In this document: positions 1 through 14,214 of the stretch, one piece after another | Layout of the letters: the number at the start of each line of letters is the position of its first letter | How positions within the stretch are numbered: position 1 is the stretch's first letter | Source of the DNA: Takakia lepidozioides | Lineage: Eukaryota > Plantae > Bryophyta | Assembly (NCBI GenBank): GCA_030704615.1 | Contig: CM060732.1 | Coordinates: 27,714,001-27,778,000 of the forward strand | DNA length: 64,000 nt | Direction: 5' to 3' | Notes under the pieces: model-generated | The model's input: the letters and a program-made list of their open reading frames with translations, nothing else | What the model was told of the DNA's origin: nothing | Databases searched by the model: none | Position numbers and translations under genes: made by a program

Positions 1-1764
1 GAGGAGCCTTTACAGTGGAACGTCCAGGTGTCGAACGAGGTATAGGGTAGAGGAGACCTCCTCATGTTTGTGGAAGGTACAGGGTTCATGGTTTGATAGA
101 TTGTTGCCATCCTACCAGGTGTTATTTTACTAGAGGAGGGTGTGAACGCTTGTCAAATGGCACAACTGGCATGCACCAGTTGTCGGTAGGTTCGACATCG
201 AATGAACGCCTACATCACGTGGTCGAAGATAAAATCAAGCATCGTGGTTGTGGTGGGCCAGTGAATCTCCTCACCGGACAACCTACGAATGATCATAATA
301 GTCTTGGGGGGGTCAAGTTTGGGGAGATGGAGCGTGATTGCATGTTTGGGCATGGAGCTTAAACTACCCTGCAAGAACGCTACTGAGCGGTGGTCAAACA
401 ATCGGCATAGAGACCATTCTGCAAAGCGGAATCCTCAACCTCCCACCTGCTACAACCATGTGGTTGATTACAAGTTGCGAGTTCACTTTCTGGTTCCCCA
501 TCACCTGCGCGGCCTTGGTTTTGTAGTATGCATCCTCCACATCTTCCTCCATGTCCTCCATCTGGACCTCCTCCGTCTCTACAGGTGGGTTTTCGACAAC
601 CACTCTCTGCATCTTTTCCTGCAATGTTTCAACAGAGGGGTCAGTACCTGGACTGTAGAGATGGTGTGCGGTGCCGCACACCACTTTCTTACATTGTTGT
701 GAACCCCCAAATAGCAGCCTCCATTGCTACCCTTCTAGTCAAAGCCCACATTCAGATGGAGCTTAAACGGTGTGTGGCACCGCAGACCGTTTCTGAAGTA
801 TTCTTCTCTACCCCCTTCAACACTCCATGTAACCTTCTCTATGAGCTTGATGGGGTCCCAAATTTGGTGTTTTTCAATGGGCAGAAAGGCCGACTCTTTG
901 CTAATTTTTGTCTAGGCTGGTCGTTGATTTTCCACCTCGGTCATTGTTCTAAAAAAAAATTAATATGTTCTGTTTTGCATTGGGAAGTGGTGTGCGTTGC
1001 TGCACACCGTCTAAAGCCCCATCACTCCTCTGTCCCCCCCACCCTCCCAGAATTATTATTATTATTATTTTCCCCTGGTTGATTGGAAAAACGGTGTGCG
1101 TCAACGCACACCATCCTACCTAACCCCATTTCCAGATGCTTCGAAGCACACAATTTTCTGCTATGTATGCAATCCCTTTCAACTACCCTCCATGCTTTCT
1201 GTTGTTGTATGAAGGGACCTGAAAAAAAAGCCTCTTGGGTGGGGCAGAAACGGTGTGCTTCAAAACACACCATTTTTGCTATGTATGCAATCCCTCTCAA
1301 GGGGGGCTGCTATTTCATGAGCCATGAGCCATGAGCGGCATGAGCCATGAGCAGAGTCGTAAGTGTGGAAAAAAACATGAGCATCACTATTTTCCGGAAA
1401 TGAGTGTCCGCGGGAATAGGGTTTAGGGTGCCACGGTCATAGGGGGAGAAGGACCTCCCGATGAAGGAGGTTCGGCAATGTTATTTAGAATTATATATTG
1501 AAAGGCAATGTTTCGCGAATGGTAGGGTGGTACTGCTCTGTACAATGGGGGCCCATTTCAGCCTACCAGCCACTTGCAAAATCCACCCACACTCCCAATC
1601 CCAAACGAAATGAGCAATGACGCATTCTGGGAACGATGGACACAGAATAGAATAGAAAGAGGGCACAATGAGGTTTTTATTGATCCACATGAATTGCATT
1701 TGAAGCACGTCTACTGTGCTGATTGTGCAATCAAATCTTTAGCCCTGTGCCTACTGAATACAAG

Positions 1765-2466
1765 TCACGTTGTCAATGGGACTTCGACTGCTCTCAGAAC
1801 TAGCTCATGAGTCATGGGGCTCCTCCATGTAAAGTCGATTGCAGCCGTTGTACCGCCCCTAGTGATGTTCACCACAATGTCCTGCCCTTCAATCATACCA
1901 CCATCGAATATGGAAATCTTCACGTTTTCGTCGTCCACACCAATGCGAATGTCCCCATACAATGGAGAAGAGGAGCGCACTCCTTCAGGAGAATAGGTCT
2001 CTCCGATGGAGTCCACCCACGTCCAGTGGCAGCAGTTCCACCGCAACAGCATAGCAGTGCGCCTTCTTCTGCATGGGTGACCGTCGTAGCTGGGAAAATC
2101 GGAATCGAGGATGCGTAGGAGCCACGGACTCCTCAGACCAAGATCGTCACCCCGCTCGAAGGCGTAGTGGCCTAGGATATACTCAAAAGCCACCAATGTT
2201 TCCACAATCGAACCGGTATCTTCTGTGTAATCTGTGTACCAGATAACAATGTCTCCCGATGTGGCCGAATACATTGCATTATCGATGCCTCCAAATGGGC
2301 AGTCGTCCCGGTTCCGGAAGCACGGCATCCTTGCAAAGGAGGACCTAAGGACGATTTGGATGCAGATGACAATGACCTTGAGGACAGCTACGAAGCCCTT
2401 AGATTTTGGAAATGATGCGAAGCGGAAGAGCAGTCCGGCCTCCAATAATGGAGCATCTGGGTCCAC
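1765..2466 (-). CDS. ORF of unknown function, possibly transposon-associated
   Basis: 233-aa open frame with globular-looking composition and no motif I recognise. The adjacent 2570-2600 shares the GGATGGAAATTCGGCGCCG motif of the 35-kb repeat. Confidence 0.25.
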   Translation of the reverse strand: MDPDAPLLEAGLLFRFASFPKSKGFVAVLKVIVICIQIVLRSSFARMPCFRNRDDCPFGGIDNAMYSATSGDIVIWYTDYTEDTGSIVETLVAFEYILGHYAFERGDDLGLRSPWLLRILDSDFPSYDGHPCRRRRTAMLLRWNCCHWTWVDSIGETYSPEGVRSSSPLYGDIRIGVDDENVKISIFDGGMIEGQDIVVNITRGGTTAAIDFTWRSPMTHELVLRAVEVPLTT

Positions 2467-2897
2467 GTACCCACCGACGGAGGTGGAACGTGTTCATCAC
2501 GCCGGCGGTGGATGAACCCATACATCTTTCTCATCAACAAGTTATAGTTTGAGATCCGCCACCGAAGTCCATCCCCCCGGATGGAAATTCGGCGCCGCAT
2601 TTACATCGAAGAGGGGATGGACTTCGTCGTGTCCAGTGGCTATCGGCCCACCTGGCAGTGAGTGCCCATAGTTTGCATGGCAGGGTAGGAAACTGAAACG
2701 GCTACATTCATGAAGCAGCCAATCTTCATCGGTCCAGGATCCTGTAGGGGGGAAATTTAAATGTGCCCTGGAGTGTTTGTGAGGAATTGCGGCGTTAGCT
2801 TGAAATTTTTCCAGCCACCGCGCTGCTCCTCCTCCATCCGGGAGCTGCTGTCATTGAGCGTACTCCGCTACTCTTTTTCAAGGATGCCGTGCCGCCG

Positions 2898-5777
2898 AAT
2901 CCAATGGTGACAACTGAGGTGGTCCTGGTGCAATACCCGCACTCTCCTCCTCTCCTGACGGTACAAAAGCCTCTACCCAGGCTTGTTGCACCCGTCGATC
3001 AGCAACCTGCTGCAAATCCTTGCTCGTACCCCACAATGGAGTGTGAGCAACCATGGTAGGCAACTCCGCCATACCATGCATGTCATCCTGCTCTGCTGGA
3101 GGTGGCACATCCTCTGCATGGGCATTGCCTTCCAGCAACTCTCTAGGCCAACTAACTGCAGCTGTAAAGGCGGCTAGTATTGGCATCTTGCCCCGTTGGG
3201 CAGCCGCAATACCCCCAATGAATGTCACAGGGAGCTGTGCACGACGACCATCCCCTGACTGCCATCCAGGCATGTAGAATGCTGACTCCTCCCAAAAGTC
3301 CAGGGTGAAGCCCATGGGGTATAACACTGCCCCACCAACGAGGACATCGTAAGAGACCGCGTCTGTCACAATGGCCTTGGCTCGCATCACTGAGCCATCT
3401 ACAGGATGATCCGGCTGCAGTCTAATAGCCAACTGATGCCGTGTCATGCCTCGCGCCTGCTCTGATCCTCCCAGAGATGTCTGTATCTGGAAAAGACAAG
3501 GCCCAAACCTGCAATAGCAGCTCTGCCCAACATCAGTGGCTGGGCTCCCGAGTCCAACAAGACCCGCAGTGGCCGGTACTTCTTGCCTGCCGGTCCACTC
3601 AAAGTGAAAATGCCTCCCTGGTTGTCTAACAAGACAACTCCAGGTGTCACCGTGGCGCGCTCAAAGGCTGGCCTAGCTGGCAGCTCCGTCAATCTGGCAG
3701 CTGCAGCTTGCCAAGGCGCTGCCGTGGCAGTCTTGACCCTCAAATCCGAGGATCCCTCTGCCACTACACCTTCCACTAACTCCGCAGAAGATGAAGTGAC
3801 CTCCCCACTCTCACAGAGTGTTGTTGCTAGTCTGAACACTGCAGCTGGTCTCACTCCCGGCGTCGCAATCATGGTTGCCGAGAACAGTGGGGCTTGACAC
3901 ACAGAGGTGGCTGCCCCCAACAACACACCGGCTGCACTAGCCTTGGTAGCAGGTGTCAGTGCTGCACGTGTAGCTCTCCCCAATGGCATAGTAACCTCCG
4001 CCTCGGTAACAGTCGGGCGAGAACTAGGTGCCATGGATGGCGTCGACACAGTCTCTGCCAATGTGAATGACTGAGGAAGCCTCGCCTGACGGCTTGCCTC
4101 CCCACGCTGTGGATCCAATTCCACCTCTGCACCTCGTGGCTCAGGAACTCGTGCTGCTCCTCGAGTCACGGCTGCAGCAGACTCCACCTGCTCTAGTGGT
4201 AGTGCTGCTCCGCACATGAATGACATGCCTCCCATATCTCCTCCCTCAGGAGCAGGAGGTGGACCATCCCGCCTGGGAGCCGGTACCGCCTGAGCTGTAG
4301 CCATGGCAGCGAGCCTCTGCTCTAGCTGCTGAAGCCGGTTGGCCATGCCTTGGTCAACACCCTGACCTCCGCGTCCTTGGCCATGTTGAACTTGCCCTTG
4401 GCCTGCACCTCGTGCCCGACCACCTCGTCCTCTCTGGGCTGGTCCACCTCGCCCCCGGCCACCATTGTTCCCTTGGAACTGGCCTGGGCGCAACTCAGGA
4501 TGCAAGTCATAACACTGGGCATCTCCATGCCCACACTGCAACTGTGCAGGCTGTACTTGTGCCGGCCTTTTGCCACTCTCTGGGCAATCTCTTTTGACAT
4601 GGGGTCCTCCACATGTCCAACATATCACCCCTGGTTGCTGTTGGCCTGCAAAAGATGCCACGGGCCTCTGCACCTGAGGCCCCCTGTAAGCTCCATGGAA
4701 CTTGGGCTGGGCAACCTTGCCCCCCTGACCACGCTGTTGGGCAGTCCCTTGTGCCTGTGGGCTGACAGCTGTGCCCCGTACAGGCATGTCCTTGCCAAAT
4801 CCAATTGTAACAACTCGCTCCTCCACCATGTTGAGCTCAATCCGCTCAGCCAGCAGAAACACATCTGCTAATGTGGGTTGGGCTGCTTGTAACAGGGTTG
4901 CATCTCGCACCCTTCTCTTGAGCTCCTTGTCCAGAATTCCATACCAAAACTAGATTGCCTGAGCTTCAGTAACCCCTTGGGTCACACTTATCAAGCGCCT
5001 CATACGAGTGTACGCCTCTCGCAGGCTCTCACTGGGTTTGCGCTGGAAGTCTTGCAAACTTTGCAGCTTCTCTGTCCGTACACCTTGGTAGTTCCTCCGC
5101 AACTCCTGGAAGAACTCCACCACCGGGTTGAATCTAGGCACATGTGTTGTAGTCGTGGCAGGAGGAGTAGTAGCACCTTTTGAACTGGTACCACCTGCAG
5201 AAGTACCAGCACTACTTGCTCCACTACTAGTGCTGGCAGTGGGAGCTATTGGTACTGATGCAGCTACTGGTCGCGTCGTGCCTCGAGTAATGGAGACGTA
5301 GTCAGGTGACCAATACATCCTCCACTCCTCAATCTCTGCTTCATGTCCTCGCCTGAACTCGTGGTAATCGTCCATAGGCGGGCCTTCCAAATGCTGGAAC
5401 AGTCCCTTCCATGTCATGAATGGGGTGAATAGCTGTGGATTGCGCATCTGCTGCAAATCACACCAGCTGTCGAACTCCTGGATAAAGTCATCCAACTCAA
5501 TTGTGCCCACAGCTCCAGAGTACCTACGAGGCCCATTGGTAGCTCCATACATCTCCTCCATGTCGTCCCACAACAATGGCGAATGAAAGTGCACACCTGT
5601 TGATGAAGCCTCCGAGTCTGTGTCTGACTCTACAGTAATTGAGGGTGGCGGTGAAAGTGGTCTGAACCGAATACCTCGTCTTGTGAACCCACTCTCACTG
5701 TTACTTGCCTGTAGCCGTACTCCCCTCAAAACCCTTGGTAACTCCGTAATGACACTCACAATGTGCACCTCCTCCAC
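2898..5777 (-). pseudogene. Gag (CCHC zinc knuckle) plus aspartic protease of the retroelement, broken by stops/frameshifts
   Basis: ORFs 4950-5777 (ELDDFIQEFDSWCD...EKLQSLQDFQRKPSESLREAY), 3444-4910 (CWTCGGPHVKRDC; VLLDSGAQP) and 2878-3447 (YDVLVGGAVL). Confidence 0.88.
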
Positions 5778-7351
5778 GTGACATTATAAGGCTCTAGTTC
5801 TAATCTAATAGTGACACGGGCGGGCACCTGTTGCAGTTTAAGGGTCATATCCCAATGGCTCAGGGCACCTGCACCTGCATCCACCGCAAGAACTCCTATG
5901 GTTGGTTGGTCATCAACCCAGCCTCACCATAGAAGAAACACTGGTGGTCTTGCTGGTCATCACTCCAGCCTCACCACCGACAGCATACTCTAGGATCGAC
6001 CGGTGATCAAATCCGGCCTAATCCCTATGAAAGCAAGCGCCCACACAAAACCAACATGGTGCACAGTCAAGCATGCAGGTGTTGGGGGGATCCAAACACA
6101 AGAAATCAAAACATCAACACCTCCACACCAAAAATCCAGCTGCAATGCTGATCCTGCAGAATATCCCAGCCCAAAACCCCGGACTGACTGGCCTCCACCA
6201 AGAGAGGCTTTGGCAACTACAAGTACAAGGTAATGAAAATAGTACAGAAATGGAGGGGAAGAATAGAAGCCCGCCCAAGCAAGATCTAATCCTGATCTAT
6301 GCTATCAACTGCTAGACTTCTCTCAAAGTGCCTCTCTTTGCATAATGGTAAGGTGTAGGAGGTATATCTATGTCCAGAAACCTGCCACTAAACCTTGTCC
6401 CAAGCTACAGTAGCTCGCTCTAACCAACCCTCCTCCTCTTTCTGCCAGGTAGAGACAAAGCAACACTCTGTGCTATCTCCCGCTCACTGAACACTAAAGA
6501 AAACAAGGTAGGGTCTGATGATAGTCTCTCAACTCGAAGCTTTGAGACGGTTGCGGGTGTCCTCATTGCGAATGACTGCATCTCCTTCACGCACAACAAA
6601 CATGTCATTGCTAATGAACCCCCGCTCGTGGTTGCCCTGTGCAGAGCGTATCCGGCTGCAACCATGTCTGATTGCACAAACTTGTGTAGCTCCTGCTCCT
6701 CTGCTCCAGTACACCACGGCCTTGTGGCTGAACACCTTGGTCCCCGGGGCTGTCTTTGGCTGTGTTCCAAGCCTAGCTTTCACCCACTTTGGTATTTCAC
6801 CTACAGCTGCAGAACTGCTGGCTCCAACAGAGTTCTGACTGTCCAAGGCGATATTGAGGCCCTCAATGCCAATTACAGCAGTCTGTTGTCTACTGCTAAT
6901 GCCTGACTCCCAGTATGCAATCACTCGTCCAAGTTCTCCACTCAAATCAGTTTGAGTTCTTGGGAAACATAAATCCTGTCCCTTGTGTGCAAGGCTAAGA
7001 GAAGAGACCTGCCCTTCAATTACGTCCTCATTTCCCCAGCCATACAAGGAGTACATCCACAGATTTGTCTCTCATATAGACCAGACAGGTTCTAGAAACA
7101 GAATTGTGGATCTTTCATGGCACACTCACACTCTAAAAATTCCATAGATTTTTAGCAGAGTCCTAAAAACAAAAACCAGATCTAGATTGGTAGATTTCCC
7201 CTTTCTGCAGCTATCCCCTCAAAAACTGTGTCAAACGGAGCTCGTATGACAAAGATATGGCCAAAGCGGCTCTGTAACTATAATAAATGACCTTAAATAG
7301 AAACAAATACAAAGAAAAACTATTTTCAATGGTTCCCTGGTTCCCTGTTCC

Positions 7352-7353
<2 letters not shown>

Positions 7354-7384
<31 letters not shown>
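7354..7384 (-). repeat. Poly(T) tract, i.e. poly(A) on the minus strand, downstream of the captured gene fragment
   Basis: Run of about 31 T read directly. Confidence 0.9.
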
Positions 7385-7479
7385 CACTACAGTATAGTCA
7401 CCGTTCCCAGGTGCCCATCGATTAATGCACCAACCAAATTGGATTCACCAACGCAATGGTGTACGCTGATGCGATACAT

Positions 7480-8968
7480 CTGATGTCAGCCGCCTGTCCA
7501 GTACCACAGATGGGAGGAGAGTAGCAAATCACACGCCCATCTTCCCCAAATATAGTACAATCCAGGGCTGAAGGATGCAAGTGCGACACTGCGCAGATCA
7601 CATAATCTCCAAAGGGGCAACTAGCTTGTGAAAGAGATGCCTGCAAACAGGAGTTCCTGGTGGCAGCCATAACAGAAGGCCCGCTCCCTTCTTCCCATTT
7701 GCCTCGGCTAAATCACCAATCTCTTCAAACAGGGGCACCTATTATCCTCTCCCGTGTATTACACATTCCGGAGAAGCGGGATCAGTGTTGTCACATCCCT
7801 CGACAATATACTCGATATATTTGGTGAACCCGATGACCACCTTGACAGGGGCTCAACGCACTCATCCCAGGTAATATATTCCCATGTGTACTGTAGGTAG
7901 ATGGTCATCTCAAGCTCATCGCCTTCAAAGCCCTCCTTCACAACACAACGCTTCCCATCTGTGCCAGCACTAAAGGCTCCCAGGTAACTTTCTGCTAAAG
8001 GATCTCCTTTGCGGTCCACAGTCACATTGTGAAGATCACACGCCAAATCCAGTAGCTGACTGCAAATTGTTGTAGCCTCTAATTCGGGTAAAATAATAAA
8101 CACAACTGGATCGCTCAGGCACTGTCGACCTTATGGCAGTACACCGGCCCCTAGCTTCTTCTCTATTTTCTACCCTCCTTTGTAAGGGTGGTTAACACGG
8201 CACATGATAAGCTAGGGGCTGGAGAGCAGTGCTGGAATCCATCTCATGCTTTTAAAATGACGCCAACGTCAGCCCATAATTTATCACTCAGCTCCTTGCA
8301 ACGGATTGTTGTCCGCTATAGCTCTGTGCCAGGTCAATAGGGATTATGGGCTAAGGTAAACCTTGTGGGCTGCAGCCATTTGTGAGGCATTTAGTGACTG
8401 GTGGGGACGAGGCCCTTACACATTGTCTTCCTGTAGAGAACTTCCTCAAAACAGGTGTAAAAGATTTCAGAGAAGAGTAGAAAAGAAGCAACCGACACTC
8501 ACTGCACCCTAGTTTGTTGACGGCCCCTGTGTGTCACGGCCGTGGACATTAAGAATCCATATCGGCTCGTAGCCCTCAGCAAGCAGGGAAGGAGCTGCAG
8601 TCTCTTCAGCAAAGGGCGCAGGGATAGTTGACTTGGTGCGCCTGGTCTCCGCACCAACACCAAAGTACTGCATCAACGTCTGTCCACCTGAGAGCTTCAC
8701 GCCGGAGCCAGCAGCCTTCAAATGAGGCAGCGTGTAAGGTGGATTGAGACGAAGAGTGCTTCTTCTCCACAGATTTCAGTAGCATCTCCTTATGGGTGTC
8801 TACATCATTGCTCGGTACAGAGAACTCGTACGTGATCCAGTGGTGCACGTACACGTTGTTCAGAGGCACAGACATACCCTTCTCGTCCACAAACTCCGCA
8901 TAGCAGTCCCTAATTCCAGATGGCCCTTCGGAGCATCCACCACGAAGTATTTGTTCTTTACGTCCCAA
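7480..8968 (-). pseudogene. Stress up-regulated Nod19 (SURNod19)-like gene fragments inside the retroelement leader
   Basis: Colinear motifs VDEKGMSVPLNNVYVHHW; QYFGVGAETRRT...WILNVHGRDTQG; CDLHNVTVD...EGFEG...YLQYTWEY; GDYVICAVSHLH...GEDGRVICYSPP match my recollection of the SURNod19 family. Frameshifted; a GT-AG intron is apparent at about 8073-8502. Confidence 0.7.
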
Positions 8969-9327
8969 GACTAGAACAATGCGGCGTCGCTGCTGGGTGG
9001 CTGGTTGCAGCCATCACTAATCGAACAACTCTAGAATGCTACCACAGCCTACCCTGAAATCACCGCTCCAGTGGTCACCCCATTGGCCGCTTCCTCATTA
9101 TATCCTCTTTCTTTATTGCTGCCACTTAATCCCCATTCTCAGATATATACACAGGTTGACAAAAATCGTAGCAACATCTCAAGCTTTCTGTTCTGCTCCA
9201 CTCGGCACACCTAACCAGTCTAACTGCAGGCTCCCCGTGACCAAGCTACATTATAATAGTGCTTAAAAACAAAAACATCATATCTAGCTTAGCACTAGAA
9301 AACTAGATAGAGCTCATCTCTCTCGAG

Positions 9328-9682
9328 TGATAAGAAAACTAGAAAACACACTGCTCACACCAGAAACAACATGAATCCATCGCTATCACTCTTTAAAACA
9401 GAAGTCGAGCCAGGGGCACCCCAAGCTATGGGGACTCCACCCCACAACAACCTACACTCCCATCATAAGCACACTCAAATCTAAACGCATGAAGGAGCTC
9501 GGTCGCGCAGGCTCAACTCGAGAGAGATGAGCCACGCGACTGCCGCTCTCGTGAAGATAAGGCCGTTCAGGTGTCAAACTAAACTTAACACCTGATTTAA
9601 CACTTGACCTAAATCCAAGTGCTAAATACAAATAACTAGCTTTATTCTAGTTGTTTTCACACTGTGCTTATTTAACTTGACA
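9328..9682 (-). repeat. Left terminal repeat (A-type) of the minus-strand retroelement
   Basis: TGTCAAG...CTTATCA on the minus strand, followed immediately by CTCGAGAGAGATGAGC, the same layout as A1 (43376-43692). Confidence 0.8.
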
Positions 9683-12600
9683 TCCATTTCAGGATCTGAA
9701 ATTACCTGCGGAAGAGAAGGGACCCCTCGTGCAACATTGTAGGCCTGCCGAATCAGTTCAAAAGTGGTCCTTTTCTCAATCCAATACCTTGGGAAGTTCC
9801 TTATTGCCTTCCGAACACTGCTCGGCAGAAAGTATATCGTCCTCTCCCCACATGCTTCTTCAGAAAACATTGCCCGCCGGCCTGGCACTTCCGGGATTGA
9901 CTCCGCCATCTTCTTCATGATCTCATAGGCATTGCCAAGGCTGACTAACAACAAGAGGCGGTCATAAAGCTTCGTGACATTAAGACATGGCTTGATTCGA
10001 GCTGCCGTCTTTCCATCCTTGTTGATATAAACCCATTGGAAGTCTGTGCCTGCTGCGATATAGCCGAGAATGAATTGAATGTCCCCATAAAACGTCGCAC
10101 TAAGTGGCCTCATCTTTCTCAAAATATCCTCTTCAGCAGCAGCTAAGCCGGCTAGCTTGTCCTCACCAACCAGAAAAGTGCATCCACCGGCAATTCCAAG
10201 CATGTCAGGCCTCAGCTGTTTTCCAATATTTCGGTGTTAGAAGTATCTGTCTTCTTTTCAGAAGTATTGAACAAAAGCTTGGCATTCAAAGCAGGCTGGC
10301 AGTACTGGTCATACAAAGAGAATACCGTCTTAAAACAATAACCCACAAATATGGATACGTCTTGCTCTAATACTGGAGTTTCAACATCGGCAATCAACAA
10401 ATTTAATAGCCTCAGAGGGAGCGCTGAATCATTTGCCTCCATGATCAAGTCCAATGCATGAGGGGGCAACTCGCGTTGGACTCTCAAGTAGGTAATTTTG
10501 GACAGAGGAAGCTTTCCGTAATCCGTAGGAAACAATGCTGCTGTTAGCTCACAAGAGTTTTGTGGGAGCTTGATAGGCTGAGGCCGCAGCATAGAATTGA
10601 ACCATACTCCAGAATTTTCAATGAATTCTGGTGGACAAAAATAGCAATTCAGTGAAGCATAGCAAGGCAGACCAGAACAGAGCAACAAGAAGCAAGGAAA
10701 TGCACAATGGTGGTAATTATCATATTAATGAAGTAATTAATCAACATATAAGACACATAAGATTCGTGATGGTTCATCTGAAATGACAACCAAATGAGCC
10801 TCCTCGTCATCAAACTTTATGACATAAAAAAAGACAAGCTCAGACTGCCCTAGGCAACGCGATCTCACACTCTAACCATCATCCATGTTGTTGAGTTGCA
10901 TCTATCATGTAGTGCACAACCAGAATTCCACATATAAATAACAAACAACCGTGTCTTTCAAAGGACCCTCCTGCCCTGGAAAGCTGGCTGTCATGGTGGA
11001 CATACCGATACTACCGATTGGGAGCATATGTTCGCAATGTAAGTGTTCGCTTTCTCCATACATTGTGCAACTCGTTACTCTAGCTAATCATTGTCCAGAC
11101 AAACTCCAGAAAGAAAACCTAAGTATCAAGAACTCCACAAATACTCGATGCAACAAATAAAGACAACCCTAGGCACTCATGAGAAATGAGGGGTTTGAAC
11201 GATACTACTCATATTTGCAGCCACGCATCAAACAAACCCTAGCTATGAAAAGAATCAAGAAAAGATCCCAGCATCAGCAACCTAGGTGCCAAGAATCTAC
11301 ACAACCTCTGAATTACACCAAACAGGACGTTGGGGATTTAGGGGACCCTGCGGGAGTAAACATAACCTACGGGACAAACAGCTCCAGTAAGTACAAGAAG
11401 ACATACCCTACAACCCTTGCTACGAAAGCCTTGCAAAAATTTATGGAGTGAAGGCAAGTGGAGCTTCTGCCTGCCTTCACAAAGTTTGCAAAGCTTTCAA
11501 TAACCTTGAAACGATCTGGTGATAACAAACCCTAAGTACTTAAACCCCACTATCAGCAAACTCAGGCCGCAGAGCCCTAAGAAACTCAGACCCCCACAGG
11601 AAAACCTAAATTATCCCGATGACAAAACCCCGATGACAGGGAGAAGGGTTTACCACTGCCTTTACTTGTGTCTGTTGTTGAAGGAGCATCAACCTGCTTA
11701 AAGGTATCTAAGCTACGCATTGAACGAATCATTGAACAAATCAGCAACTGCAGCGGGTTCAACAATCAACTGCCCAATTGTCTTGCAAGAATTCAAATGT
11801 GCCTGCCCATCATCAGAATTGCAGACAAAAAAACAAACGGGCTCAGACCCCTAGGCAACCCATCGACATTCACCAGACTCTCTCCATGATGCACTATCTG
11901 ACACCCTAGCTAATGGGTGAACACTGTCACAGAAGGTTCTACAACCAAGGCGGTTTTGGTTAACTCACATAAGTCACCAACAACCACCAACTGTCATCGA
12001 CCAATTAACGGCTCAAAACATGCGCACAATTTCGGCTAGAGCTTTCTATCCTCTGAAGATGGTACTCAAGAAAAGATCCCAGCATCAGCAGCGGTATTCG
12101 AAGAAAAAATTTGAACAAAATAACAGTCACGGCAATCACTCACAAGAGAACTACCAAAATGACGGTTTAGAGTTAGGGTTTCAGGCCACACAACACTTTA
12201 AACCTGCCATCATCTGCCGCAATCTGACCGACCACTGCGCTTCAAGAGATTCAGAAGGGCTTGCCCTCTGACCTCGCACAAAAAGTGCCCACAAAGGTTC
12301 ACGGCCAGACATTTCCAAGAAGCAGTGCAATGCAACAAGCTCAACAAAATGGCAACTCAAAACCATTGAACATGATCCGGCAACTTTTTCTTGAGCCATT
12401 CTCTGCGGGTAGGAGGCGCTGCCCGCAACAATCTATCAACCAACAAAATGACTAGGAATATGGACGCTGCCATACAATAACACAAACCCTACGGAGCTAT
12501 CCGAGAAGCTTAGAAAGGAAATCTAAGGGGACATACAAGATGTCGTGCAGCAAAGAAAGTAGGCTACGAAGACAGATAGACATGACGGCGTTCAACCAAG

Positions 12601-13225
12601 AAGCAAGAAACCCTAATCGGCATGATTTCAGCACATAGGCTCTATCTATTACGCAAAACAAGAACACAAACTAACCTTCTGTATATGCAGCTGGCTTCAA
12701 AGCTAACCCTACAAAGGAACACATACCTTAGGAGCAACAACACCGGGTTCAAAGGAAAACATCTGAACGAAATAGCAACAACCAAAGGAGCCTCCTCATC
12801 ATCAAACTTTATGACATAAAAAAAGACAAGCTCAGACTGCCCTAGGCAATGCAATCTCACACTCTAACCATCATCCCATGTTGTTGAGTTGCATCTATCA
12901 TGTAGTGCACAACCACACTTCCACATATAAATAACAAACAACCGTGTCTGTCAAAAGACCCACGCATCTCAAAAGCATCAAAATACTAAAGATAGCTGCT
13001 AACAACAAGAATTGCTAACACTTTCTTGACCATTCTTAAGAAAGAAAACGCACCTGCATCAGCAGCGGGTTCAATAAGGGCAAGAAGAGTTTCTGTCACA
13101 GTATCATCGTCATCATCAAATATTGCATTCCCATACTCATCGTTTTGCTGGAGCAGCTTCAGCTTGATTCTTGCCCTCTTCCTATCGTTTGGAATGAGTG
13201 ACTTCAATGTATCTTTCCAGTCCAT
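9683..13225 (-). pseudogene. Crinkler/CR-type PD-(D/E)xK nuclease-kinase gene, frameshifted and truncated by the retroelement at 9682
   Basis: Header exon 13225-about 13054 (MDWKDTLKSLIP..., donor G|GTGCGT). Body at about 10640-9683 is homologous to 29060-30495 (RPDMLGIAGGCTFLVGEDK; LGYIAAGTDFQW; PGRRAMFS). Frameshift near 10210-10260. Confidence 0.7.
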
Positions 13226-14214
13226 GCTTCCGATCGAAATTACAAACGCAATGCTGAACGACCTGAAATTGGAATTTGAGCTGATTAGGGTTTAACCAAC
13301 CGGTGCACTGATGGACAACGTTTTCGAAAGGCACCAAGAGAGAAAGCACACAAAATTCACTTGAAAAGAGCACAACGCGAGGAAGGGCTACAGAGAAAAG
13401 GCGTAAAGCTGCAACCACTACAAGTCCGAAGACTTACTGAATGAACGCATCCAGATCATATGACAGTGCAGCGCAAACCTCGCCTCACCTGACACAAACA
13501 CTAAGAGAAACTTTGGCGAGCAATCAGAGATCGGAGACCAGAAAAGAGCGATCTGAGAGCGAGAGAGCTAGAGGGACTATGCGAGCACATATGTTAGCCT
13601 CCCTCCCGAGGGTAGTCATAACCCTCAATCCGCACCATTGGATCATTACGAATCTGACGGCATGAAGTTACAAATGAATTCGTCCATTCTGTGCACCAAT
13701 TTGTCCACTAACGAAATATATATATGATACACGGAACCAAATTATACTATTCCTCTCATTTTTTAATAATTGGGACTTGAATGCACATATTGGCATGCGA
13801 GTACGGCCCATGGGGTGAGCTCATGAACCCACCCCCTTTCACCGGGTCTAGATTCTGAATTTTTTCTAAGTCCTAGTTCTTTAACGGCGGTGGACCTTCT
13901 AGCGTAGTGATGTTGCAACGTTCTAAAGTGCAAATGCAAAGATATGCAAGAGGCAAGTGTGTGTGATGAAACTAATTCACTTTAAGGACAAGAGAATAGT
14001 AACCTATCTCTAAGTAAGAGAATAGACACACTAAATAACAGTCTTAGAAGGAGATCTAACATGCAACACTCGAAAATGAGTTTAAAACATGCACTACAAT
14101 AGACAAAAAGCAAATGAATGCAATGAACTATGCAGAAGATCAAATCTAAAACTCAACAACAACAACAACGCCAATGAGACAAAGAGACAAGGACACAAGA
14201 TGCAGCAAAGCGAA

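Larger units (their letters stand above)
2898..9682 (-). mobile_element. 3'-truncated Ty3/Gypsy-type retroelement of the same lineage as 43376-52402
   Basis: Begins TGTCAAGTT at 9682 on the minus strand, like A1 of the 43-kb element. Gag and protease ORFs are highly similar to 46422-49310. Homology stops at 'SPLD' (about 2898), just before the methyltransferase domain. Confidence 0.88.

Noticed and set aside
1-1760. Short ORFs and AAACGGTGTG repeats suggesting a DNA transposon
   Set aside because: No recognisable domain or termini within the window.
7385-7395. CACTACAGTAT with an inverse match at about 56961
   Set aside because: Only 11 bp, about 50 kb apart, each inside a different element, and no matching TSD; likely coincidence.
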